Source: Acutalibacteraceae bacterium (lineage in GTDB: Bacteria > Bacillota > Clostridia > Oscillospirales > Acutalibacteraceae). From it: 7,500 nucleotides of DNA. Of this stretch, positions 1 through 6,202 are shown one piece after another; position 1 is the first letter of the stretch; the number at the start of each line of letters is the position of its first letter. A program made the position numbers and the translations under genes. The notes beneath the pieces were generated by a model. It worked only from the letters and a program-made list of their open reading frames with translations, did not search any database and was not told where the DNA came from. Where the stretch lies: contig JAZNOZ010000010.1 of NCBI GenBank assembly GCA_045589395.1, positions 1-7,500 on the forward strand, read 5' to 3'.

Positions 1-82
1 CAGGCATGGTTCGGATTATTACCGTCACCCTAAAGTTAAAAGCGCACTTACTCACCACTTTTAGTGACAGTGCAAAAAAGTA

Positions 83-118
83 AGAGTTAATGCAGTTTTT
101 GCTACATTAACTCTTTTT
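83..118. terminator. Intrinsic terminator-like hairpin, apparently bidirectional
   Basis: AGAGTTAATG (83-92) is the exact reverse complement of CATTAACTCT (105-114), with a 12-nt loop. It is followed by TTTT (115-118) and preceded by AAAAAA (74-79), so it could terminate transcription from either side. Confidence 0.6.
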
Positions 119-396
119 GTCCTTTAGAGTACGACTCGAAAAAACGAAAGTTTTTTTGCACCCTCAGTTTTCTTATGAGCGAAGCGAATAACAAGGTTCT
201 GACGAAGTCAGGTTCTTATTCGCCTTGCGGCGAGAGATATTACGCTTCGCGTAGTGATATTGTGCTTCGCACAGTTTCAAGGAGAAAAAAACCACTTTCT
301 GCTAAAGCAGAAAATAACACTATTGCGAATGCAATAATAGTACTGCAAACGAAGTTTGCAATATCATCTTCACAATGTAAAAACATCACTAAAAAA
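119..396. other. Hairpin-dense non-coding island (candidate structured RNA or REP-like element); strand unresolved
   Basis: At least nine short stem-loops read directly from the sequence. GAGT/ACTC 127-137. AAAAAAC-GAAA-GTTTTTT 139-156. Composite GCGAATAA...CTGAC-GAA-GTCAG...TTATTCGC 184-223. CGCC-TTGC-GGCG 221-232. TACGC-TTC-GCGTA 241-253. TGTGC-TTC-GCACA 261-273. TTTCTGC-TAAA-GCAGAAA 296-313. TATTGC-GAAT-GCAATA 321-336. TGCAAAC-GAA-GTTTGCA 344-360. No convincing RBS plus start codon on either strand. Terminators lie on both flanks. Confidence 0.35.
236..275. repeat. Tandem 20-nt direct repeat (2 copies), each containing a 5-bp hairpin
   Basis: Copy 1 is GATATTACGCTTCGCGTAGT (236-255) and copy 2 is GATATTGTGCTTCGCACAGT (256-275). 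They differ at exactly 4 positions (AC to GT in the left arm, GT to AC in the right arm), and these changes keep the stem paired. Confidence 0.85.
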
Positions 397-423
397 GAGG
401 TAACCGCGGTTACCTCTTTTTTT
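391..423. terminator. Bidirectional rho-independent terminator ending the kinase operon (minus strand)
   Basis: Perfect 20-nt palindrome GAGGTAACCGCGGTTACCTC (397-416), flanked by AAAAAA (391-396) and TTTTTTT (417-423). It starts a few nt beyond the kinase stop codon (429-431 on the minus strand). Confidence 0.85.
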
Positions 424-428
424 ACTTA

Positions 429-1943
429 TTAAGCTTTCTGCACATCAAACCAGAAGGTTACACCGCCGTCAGAATTTTCAACGCCGTAATTCTCGTTGTG
501 AAGTCTTTGGATTGATGCAACGATTGCAAGTCCCAGACCGAATCTGCCCTGTGAACGGGAGAGTGATTTGTCTGCACGGTAGAAAGAGGTCCAGATTTTG
601 TCTATATCCTTGGCTGCGATGTGCTTACCTGTGTTGTAAACAGTAATTCTGTATTTACCGTTTTCGGTTTCATTGGCAGTTATTCTTATAATTCTTTCAC
701 CGTCAATGTGGGAAATTGCATTGGAAATATAGTTGTTTACTATTGATTCGAGGATAACAGTATCACCGTTGCCCATAATTTCGGCAGGGATAAGGTTTTC
801 AATATGAATCTGCTTTTCTGCAAGGAGAGCTGAGTTTCTGTCTATCCAGTCCTGAACTAACAGTGCTACAAAGAAGTTCTCTCTTTTTATCTGATGCGCA
901 CCCGAATCGTAGCGGGTGATTTCAAGCAGACGCATTATCATACTGTTCATTCGCTTTGCTTCTTCTTCAATAGTATCGCAATAGCTTACGGCAGTTTCCT
1001 GATTTCCTGCTTCATAGAACATTTTTGCGCCCTCGGCATAGCCCTGAATTATGGCAATGGGAGTTTTAAGCTCATGTGAAATACCTGCGATAAATGTCTG
1101 ACGCAGATTATCAATAGTTTTTTCGTTTTCAATATCCTTGAGAAGCTGTTCGTTCTTCTGCTTAAGGTCCTTTAATGCCGTGTCAAGCGAGTCTGACATC
1201 TCGTTTACGGATTCGGCAAGCTGATTTATTTCATCAATTTTTGTCGGCGGACATTTTCTTGAGAAATCAAGATTTGCCATTGAGTCCGTTATGTCACAGA
1301 GATTTTGTATAGGACGGGTGAAGCGGCGGATATAACCCACAATTACAAGCATTGCTACCATAAGAATGAACATCATCAGGGTGAATACTACAATGAAGTC
1401 TATTCGTGAGTTTGAGGTAAGCACGCTTACCTGCATACATATTTCAGCTCTCTCGCCTGTGGGAAGATACGCATAGCACACAAGGAAGTCTATATTAATG
1501 GTTCCTGTGTCGTGCATTTTAAGAACAAGTCCCATATCGCCTGCATCAACAGAGCCGCTTGTGGTTACATATGTAAGACGGTATTTCTCATCAAGTGCTT
1601 CGGCTTTTGAAAGAGGATAGGGGAGCTTTTCAACCTTTGCATAGGTGGAATAAATAAGCTCATTATCCTTACTGAAAATTTCGATAACGGAGTCATAGCT
1701 CGTTTCAACGGAGCGCAGCGTTTCGAGGAAGCTGTCAGAGCCGTAGGCATCCGTAAGCTCAGTTGCTGCAAACCACAGTCTTGTGCCCGGGGTTATATAG
1801 TACGCCCAGTCAGGCAGCATATTATATATGACCAAGGGTACAAGAATTGTTAAAAACAGAATAAGGGCAATAGCTCTTACAAGACTCTGGGCAATACCCT
1901 TTTGTTTTCTTTTTTTTCTTTTAGTATCAATATTATCAGGCAT
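429..1943 (-). CDS. Membrane sensor histidine kinase (HisKA + HATPase_c; two TM segments flanking a roughly 140-aa extracytoplasmic domain; HAMP-like linker)
   Basis: 504-aa ORF. TM1 is IALILFLTILVPLVIY and TM2 is FIVVFTLMMFILMVAMLVIVGYI. H-box is GISHELKTPIA, N-box is NNYISNAISH, G-box-like is GRFGLGLAIV. RBS GAGGT lies 8 nt before the ATG at 1943. The gene overlaps the upstream response regulator stop by 8 nt. Confidence 0.95.
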   Translation of the reverse strand: MPDNIDTKRKKRKQKGIAQSLVRAIALILFLTILVPLVIYNMLPDWAYYITPGTRLWFAATELTDAYGSDSFLETLRSVETSYDSVIEIFSKDNELIYSTYAKVEKLPYPLSKAEALDEKYRLTYVTTSGSVDAGDMGLVLKMHDTGTINIDFLVCYAYLPTGERAEICMQVSVLTSNSRIDFIVVFTLMMFILMVAMLVIVGYIRRFTRPIQNLCDITDSMANLDFSRKCPPTKIDEINQLAESVNEMSDSLDTALKDLKQKNEQLLKDIENEKTIDNLRQTFIAGISHELKTPIAIIQGYAEGAKMFYEAGNQETAVSYCDTIEEEAKRMNSMIMRLLEITRYDSGAHQIKRENFFVALLVQDWIDRNSALLAEKQIHIENLIPAEIMGNGDTVILESIVNNYISNAISHIDGERIIRITANETENGKYRITVYNTGKHIAAKDIDKIWTSFYRADKSLSRSQGRFGLGLAIVASIQRLHNENYGVENSDGGVTFWFDVQKA

Positions 1944-2622
1944 TTTTTGTTACCTCAAATTTGTAGCCTGTGCCGTAAATGGTTCTGATGTGAGAGGTTC
2001 CCCATTCACCGAGCTTTGTGCGCAGTCTTGCAACATGTGAGTCAACAGTTCTTTCATCGCCGTCAAAATCATAGCCCCATATATCGGCAAGCAGCTGCTC
2101 TCTTGTGAAGACCTTGCCGGGAGAGGAAAGGAATTTCTGGAGAATATTGTATTCCTTAAGAGTTAGGCTTATGCTCTTGCCCTCAAGCCATACCTCGTGC
2201 GCAGAGGAGTCAAACGACAGCTCATCAACGGACATAACATTTTCATTGCCCGTGCTTACCTTACCTCTGCGAAGAAGTGCGCTCACTCTTTTCATAAGCA
2301 CACTCAATGAGCACGGCTTTGTTACATAGTCATCCGCGCCTGCTTCAAATGCGGTGAGCTGGTCATATTCCTGTGAACGCGCGGTGAGCATTATAATGGG
2401 CACATCAGATTTTTCTCTGATTTTGCGGCAGACCTCCCAGCCGTCAATGTTTGGCATCATAATGTCAAGAATAAGTAAGGCGGTGTCGGGATTTTCTTCA
2501 AAAAGGCGCAATGCCACATCACCGTCATCAGCCTGCAGGGGCTCATAGCCCTCATTGATGAGGAAGTCACTCACCAGTCTTCTGATGAGCTCTTCATCAT
2601 CAGCAACAATAATTTTTTTCAC
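1936..2622 (-). CDS. OmpR/PhoB-family response regulator (receiver + winged-helix DNA-binding domain)
   Basis: Receiver motifs are KKIIVADDEE, the phospho-acceptor context LLILDIMMP, MLTA and KP. The C-terminal winged helix reads LTLKEYNILQKFL...TVDSHVARLRTKL...IRTIYGTGYKF. I prefer the GTG start at 2622 because GAAGGA lies 6 nt upstream and it gives the family-typical MKKIIVADDE N-terminus. The track ORF extends to a TTG at 2679 with no RBS. Confidence 0.9.
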   Translation of the reverse strand: MKKIIVADDEELIRRLVSDFLINEGYEPLQADDGDVALRLFEENPDTALLILDIMMPNIDGWEVCRKIREKSDVPIIMLTARSQEYDQLTAFEAGADDYVTKPCSLSVLMKRVSALLRRGKVSTGNENVMSVDELSFDSSAHEVWLEGKSISLTLKEYNILQKFLSSPGKVFTREQLLADIWGYDFDGDERTVDSHVARLRTKLGEWGTSHIRTIYGTGYKFEVTKNA

Positions 2623-2661
2623 TTTTAGTCCTTCTTTTCCTGCGGTGTTCCGCATTAATAT

Positions 2662-2677
2662 CTGACGGAGTTCCGTC
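2662..2677. promoter_or_regulatory. 16-nt inverted repeat in the operon leader
   Basis: TGACGGA-GT-TCCGTCA has 7-nt perfect arms. It lies between the predicted TSS and the RBS of the response regulator. Confidence 0.3.
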
Positions 2678-2682
2678 AACTG

Positions 2683-2709
2683 TGATTGTTAATAAATTAT
2701 AAACAATCA
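2683..2709. promoter_or_regulatory. 27-nt near-perfect palindrome at the predicted TSS (operator or 5'-terminal mRNA hairpin)
   Basis: TGATTGTTAATAA-A-TTATAAACAATCA has 12 of 13 arm positions complementary. It begins immediately downstream of the -10 hexamer of the minus-strand promoter. Confidence 0.4.
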
Positions 2710-2714
2710 ATAAA

Positions 2715-2743
2715 ATTATACATCAAAAAGAAAATATAGTCAA
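2715..2743 (-). promoter_or_regulatory. SigA-type promoter of the two-component operon
   Basis: The minus strand reads TTGACT (2743-2738), an exact 17-nt spacer, then TATAAT (2720-2715). The predicted TSS is near 2708, giving a leader of roughly 85 nt before the GTG at 2622. Confidence 0.65.
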
Positions 2744-2826
2744 CACTCATAAATTTCTATTTTCTGCACTTTCGGGGAGAAATTTTGTTTATTTAATTAT
2801 AAAATCCCATTGAAAGGAGTGAAAAT

Positions 2827-3072
2827 ATGAAAAAGGAAGTGCGCGGTAAATATCTTAACCGCAGTGCGGATCTTGTAAGCAGGGCAGCATTTAATCTTTG
2901 CAAGAGGAGTCTTGAGAATAAAGAAGATACAGATGCAAAAATGCTTAAGGAGCTTTGCTGTGTGCTTAAGGAGCTTATCGCAATAAATACAAGCCTTGAT
3001 AAAGACAACAGCGACACCGCTGAAACAATACGCATTATTATGGAGGGAGATGTGGCTGACTTTGCCCGATAA
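2827..3072 (+). CDS. Small coiled-coil protein, possible minimal or N-terminally truncated terminase small subunit
   Basis: 81-aa ORF with a strong RBS (AAAGGAG 2813-2819, 7-nt spacer, ATG 2827). It sits directly upstream of the large terminase and overlaps it, which is the canonical terS position. It has heptad-like LKEL repeats and an acidic C-terminus (MEGDVADFAR). No helix-turn-helix-like N-terminal domain is visible. The functional call rests on position only. Confidence 0.5.
   Translation: MKKEVRGKYLNRSADLVSRAAFNLCKRSLENKEDTDAKMLKELCCVLKELIAINTSLDKDNSDTAETIRIIMEGDVADFAR
2942..2976 (+). repeat. Perfect 14-nt direct repeat with 21-bp phasing inside the TerS-like gene
   Basis: TGCTTAAGGAGCTT occurs at 2942-2955 and again at 2963-2976. 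The copies are identical at wobble positions too, and each encodes an LKEL heptad. Confidence 0.85.
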
Positions 3073-4435
3073 AACTCTTTTTCTGTCCGCGCCCAATGAC
3101 AGACAGCGCGAATTTCTCAAGGATACCCACCGTTATGTGGCATTCGGAGGCGCAAGAGGTGGCGGCAAAAGCTGGGCGGTAAGAACAAAGGCTGTTTTAT
3201 TGGCATTCGGTTTTCCCGGCATAAAAATAATGATAGTAAGGCGGACTTATCCTGAATTGAGAGCAAACCATATAGGACCTCTCAGACAGATGCTCGGGGA
3301 CTTTGCTGTTTATAAGGACAGCACCAAGGAGCTTTCCTTTCCTAACGGCTCTGTAATTCTTTTCAGACATTGCCAGACACAAGGCGATATTGACAAATAT
3401 CAGGGTACGGAGGTCGACATTCTTTTCATAGATGAGGCAACCCAGTTTTCCGAGGAGCTTTTTGACCGCTTCAAGGCGTGTGTGCGAGGAGTTAACAGCT
3501 TTCCGAAGCGGATATATCTTACCTGTAATCCCGGCGGTGTGGGACATTCCTTTGTAAAGCGGCTTTTTGTTGACAGGGCTTATAAGGAGAGCGAAAACGG
3601 TGAGGACTACTCTTTTATCCGTTCACTTGTTACAGACAATAAAGCTCTTATGGAAACTAACCCCGAATACATTTCCCAGCTTAAAGCCTTGCCGCCGAAA
3701 TTGAGGAAGGCGTGGCTTGAGGGGGACTGGAATATCTTTGAGGGACAGTTCTTTGAGGAGTTCAGGGATATTCCCGAGCATTATAAGGACAGGAAATTCA
3801 CCCATGTTATTCAGCCGTTTGAAATACCCAGGGACTGGACTATTGTGAGAAGCTTTGACTTCGGCTTTGCAAAGCCCTTTTCGTGTGACTGGTGGGCAGT
3901 AGACTACGAGGGCAGAGCTTATCTTATTTTACAGCTTTACGGCTGTACTGCCACTCCGAATGAGGGAGTCAAGTGGCATCCCGACAGGATTTTTTCAGAA
4001 ATACACAGAATAGAAAGCACTCACCGCTGGCTTAAGGGTAAGCAGATAACGGGAGTTGCCGATCCGTCCATATGGGATGTGTCAAGAGGAGAGGCAATCA
4101 TCTCCTTTGCCGACAGAAATCTTGTTTACTTCGGGAAGGGGGACAACAAGCGTATTCCCGGCTGGATGCAGTGTCATTACCGTCTTTCGTTTGATGATAA
4201 CGGGTTCCCTATGGTTTACTTTTTCAACACCTGTAAGCACGCAATCCGCACATTACCGCTTTTGCAGTTTTCCGAGAGTATTCCCGAGGATCTCAACACT
4301 GCTCAGGAGGACCATTTTGCCGACTCCTTCAGATATTTTTGTATGTCAAGACCGATTACGCCGAAACGGGCAGAAAGCGAGGTCATACTGCTTGATGACC
4401 CGCTTGATTTATACGACAAATTCTCTTATAAATAA
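3050..4435 (+). CDS. terL: Phage terminase large subunit (ATPase + RNase H-like nuclease)
   Basis: Walker A is GGARGGGKS and Walker B is DILFIDEA. C-terminal nuclease-type acidic motifs are SFDFGF, GVADPS and QEDHFADSFRY. The size is typical for TerL. I prefer the ATG at 3050 (GGAGG at 3042-3046, although the spacer is short). The track start is a TTG at 2996, deeper inside the upstream gene. Confidence 0.9.
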   Translation: MWLTLPDKTLFLSAPNDRQREFLKDTHRYVAFGGARGGGKSWAVRTKAVLLAFGFPGIKIMIVRRTYPELRANHIGPLRQMLGDFAVYKDSTKELSFPNGSVILFRHCQTQGDIDKYQGTEVDILFIDEATQFSEELFDRFKACVRGVNSFPKRIYLTCNPGGVGHSFVKRLFVDRAYKESENGEDYSFIRSLVTDNKALMETNPEYISQLKALPPKLRKAWLEGDWNIFEGQFFEEFRDIPEHYKDRKFTHVIQPFEIPRDWTIVRSFDFGFAKPFSCDWWAVDYEGRAYLILQLYGCTATPNEGVKWHPDRIFSEIHRIESTHRWLKGKQITGVADPSIWDVSRGEAIISFADRNLVYFGKGDNKRIPGWMQCHYRLSFDDNGFPMVYFFNTCKHAIRTLPLLQFSESIPEDLNTAQEDHFADSFRYFCMSRPITPKRAESEVILLDDPLDLYDKFSYK

Positions 4436-4450
4436 CAGAAAGGACTAAAT

Positions 4451-6202
4451 ATGAAAGAAAACACACAGGAAACAAAAGCAGAAGGCACAGCTACAGCCGA
4501 GAGCCTTTCCATAGGTAAAGAAGAAATAGAAAAGGCGGCTGATATTTTAGCAAGATATAAGGCCGCAAAGTCAAGGCTTGAGGCGAGAATAACAGACAAT
4601 GAGCGTTGGTACAGAATGCGCCATTGGGAGCAGCTGAGAGAAAATGAATCTCAGAATGTGAAGCCTACGGCATGGCTTTTTAATTCCATACTTAACAAGC
4701 ATGCCGATTTTATGGATTCAATTCCGGGCTGCACGGTTCTTCCCAGAGAGGAGTCCGATACGGCTTCGGCAGAGCAGCTTACGAGTATACTTCCCGTTAT
4801 TTTTGAAAGAAGCAACTGGGAGAGTGTATATTCCGATGCGGCATTCTATAAGCTCAAAACGGGGACTGCCGTCTATTCGGTTTTGTGGAATCCCGAGGCA
4901 TCGGGCGGACTCGGTGACATTGATATAAAGCAGATTGATTTGCTCAATCTCTTCTGGGAGCCGGGTGTCAGGGATATTCAGAAAAGCCGCAATCTTTTCC
5001 ATGTGGAGCTTGTTGACAACGATATTCTGCTTGAGCAGTATCCCTTTCTTGAGGGAAGGCTGTCAACACCGTCACAGGATGTAGCCTTGTACAGCTATGA
5101 TTCAACGGTTGATACCTCCGACAAATCCTCTGTTGTTGACTGGTATTACAAGAAGAATGTAAACGGCAGACAGGTGCTTCACTACTGCAAATTTGTGAAT
5201 GACTGCGTATTGTATGCTACGGAAAATGATGAGGAATTAAAGGATGCGGGCTGGTATGACCACGGGCTTTATCCCTTTGTTTTTGATCCTCTTTTCAAGG
5301 AGGAGGGCACTCCCATAGGCTTCGGCTTTATTGATATAATGAAGCCTGCTCAGGAGGAAATTGACATACTTAACACACAGATTCTTAAAAATGCCCGTAT
5401 GGCTTCAAGAAGAAGATATTTTACCCGTACCGACGGAGCTGTAAACGAAAAGGAATTTGCCGATTTCGATAAGGATTTTGTTCATGTAAACGGTTCCTCC
5501 TTAGGTGAGGATTCTTTAAGGGAAATTTCGGTAAATCCTCTTTCTTCAATATATGTTACCATTCTCAATAACAAGATAAGCGAATTAAAGGAAACAAGTG
5601 CAAACCGTGATTTCTCTCAGGGCAGCACATCGGGCGGTGTTACCTCGGGTGCGGCTATAAGCCTTTTGCAGGAATCCGGAAACAAGGTTTCCCGCGATAT
5701 GATAAATGCTACCTACCGTGCATTTTCTCAGGTATGCACACTTTGCATTGAGCTTATAAGACAGTTTTACACAGTTCCCAGAAGCATGCGAATACTCGGA
5801 GATAACGGCGAATGGACCTTCTGCGACTACGATAACTCTGCTATCCGTCCCGTTTCTCTCGGAACTCAATTCGGTATTGAGCTGGGCGAAAGACTCCCTG
5901 TTTTTGATGTTGTGGTAAAGGCGCACAAGCTCAATGAATATTCAAGAGCCGCTCAGAATAATGATGCTCTCAACTTCTATTCAATGGGCTTCTTCAATCC
6001 CGAAAAAAGCATTGAAAGTCTTGCGTGTCTGCAGCTTGTGGATATTGAAAACAAGGAAAAGCTTATGCATATTATTGAGGAAAACGGCAGAAAATATAAT
6101 CCTGTTGTGTCGCAGTCTGTACAGGGGCAGTCATTTGCAGCTCCTGCGGCTGATGAAGCCCTGAAATTGAAAATTGAGGCAGCAAGGAAAAACAGTATAT
6201 GA
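4451..6202 (+). CDS. Putative phage portal protein
   Basis: 583-aa ORF immediately after terL, with RBS GAAAGGA 6 nt before the ATG. Size and gene order are typical for a portal. The N-terminal helix ILARYKAAKSRLEARITDNERWYRMRHWE resembles portal N-termini from memory, but this family assignment is not verified. Confidence 0.65.
   Translation: MKENTQETKAEGTATAESLSIGKEEIEKAADILARYKAAKSRLEARITDNERWYRMRHWEQLRENESQNVKPTAWLFNSILNKHADFMDSIPGCTVLPREESDTASAEQLTSILPVIFERSNWESVYSDAAFYKLKTGTAVYSVLWNPEASGGLGDIDIKQIDLLNLFWEPGVRDIQKSRNLFHVELVDNDILLEQYPFLEGRLSTPSQDVALYSYDSTVDTSDKSSVVDWYYKKNVNGRQVLHYCKFVNDCVLYATENDEELKDAGWYDHGLYPFVFDPLFKEEGTPIGFGFIDIMKPAQEEIDILNTQILKNARMASRRRYFTRTDGAVNEKEFADFDKDFVHVNGSSLGEDSLREISVNPLSSIYVTILNNKISELKETSANRDFSQGSTSGGVTSGAAISLLQESGNKVSRDMINATYRAFSQVCTLCIELIRQFYTVPRSMRILGDNGEWTFCDYDNSAIRPVSLGTQFGIELGERLPVFDVVVKAHKLNEYSRAAQNNDALNFYSMGFFNPEKSIESLACLQLVDIENKEKLMHIIEENGRKYNPVVSQSVQGQSFAAPAADEALKLKIEAARKNSI

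Noticed and set aside
1-83. Possible 3' end of a plus-strand gene (frame 3 open to the TAA at 81-83, just before the terminator); alternatively a minus-strand gene starting at the ATG at 7-5
   Set aside because: Only about 27 codons are visible with no recognisable motif. A hairpin (GCACT 44-48 / AGTGC 69-73) lies inside it. This cannot be supported without the upstream sequence.
199-213. GTCAGGT resemblance to the SRP RNA domain IV motif
   Set aside because: Only a 7-nt match. The surrounding sequence lacks the conserved GGAAGCAG-type symmetric and asymmetric loop context.
236-275. CRISPR-like array
   Set aside because: Only two repeat units, directly abutting with no spacers. The units are 20 nt and no cas genes are in the window.
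175-432. 85-aa plus-strand ORF spanning the hairpin region
   Set aside because: There is no RBS before the ATG (cagttttcttATG). The translation runs through every palindrome, including the terminator stem (KEVTAVTSFF), and into the convergent kinase stop. The residue composition is unremarkable. The open frame is somewhat long for chance, so I note it, but I do not call it a gene.
894-2548. Plus-strand or nested ORFs inside the kinase and regulator genes (894-1079, 1565-1771, 1828-2040, 2105-2329, 2354-2548)
   Set aside because: All are embedded in or antisense to well-supported CDSs with clear domain motifs. They have no RBSs and low-complexity translations typical of shadow frames.
2623-2679. 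19-codon 5' extension of the response regulator (TTG at 2679, or ATG at 2655)
   Set aside because: Neither has an RBS, and the extension would cover the leader palindrome. The GTG at 2622 has GAAGGA at the correct spacing and gives the canonical receiver N-terminus.
429-2679. The two-component system as a novel system
   Set aside because: It has the canonical OmpR/EnvZ-class architecture with all standard motifs. Nothing in the sequence distinguishes it beyond an uncharacterised sensor domain.
2996-3049. TTG start for terL at 2996
   Set aside because: It would overlap the upstream gene by 77 nt and lacks an RBS. The ATG at 3050 follows GGAGG. The choice remains uncertain because that spacer is short.
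2793-3120. Minus-strand ORFs 2793-3035 and 2797-3120
   Set aside because: They are antisense to the TerS-like gene and the terL start. The translations are Ser/Leu-rich low-complexity shadow frames with no RBS.
3197-4448. ORFs 3197-3547 (-), 3623-3805 (-) and 4056-4448 (+) within terL
   Set aside because: All are shadow frames inside a CDS with clear Walker and nuclease motifs.
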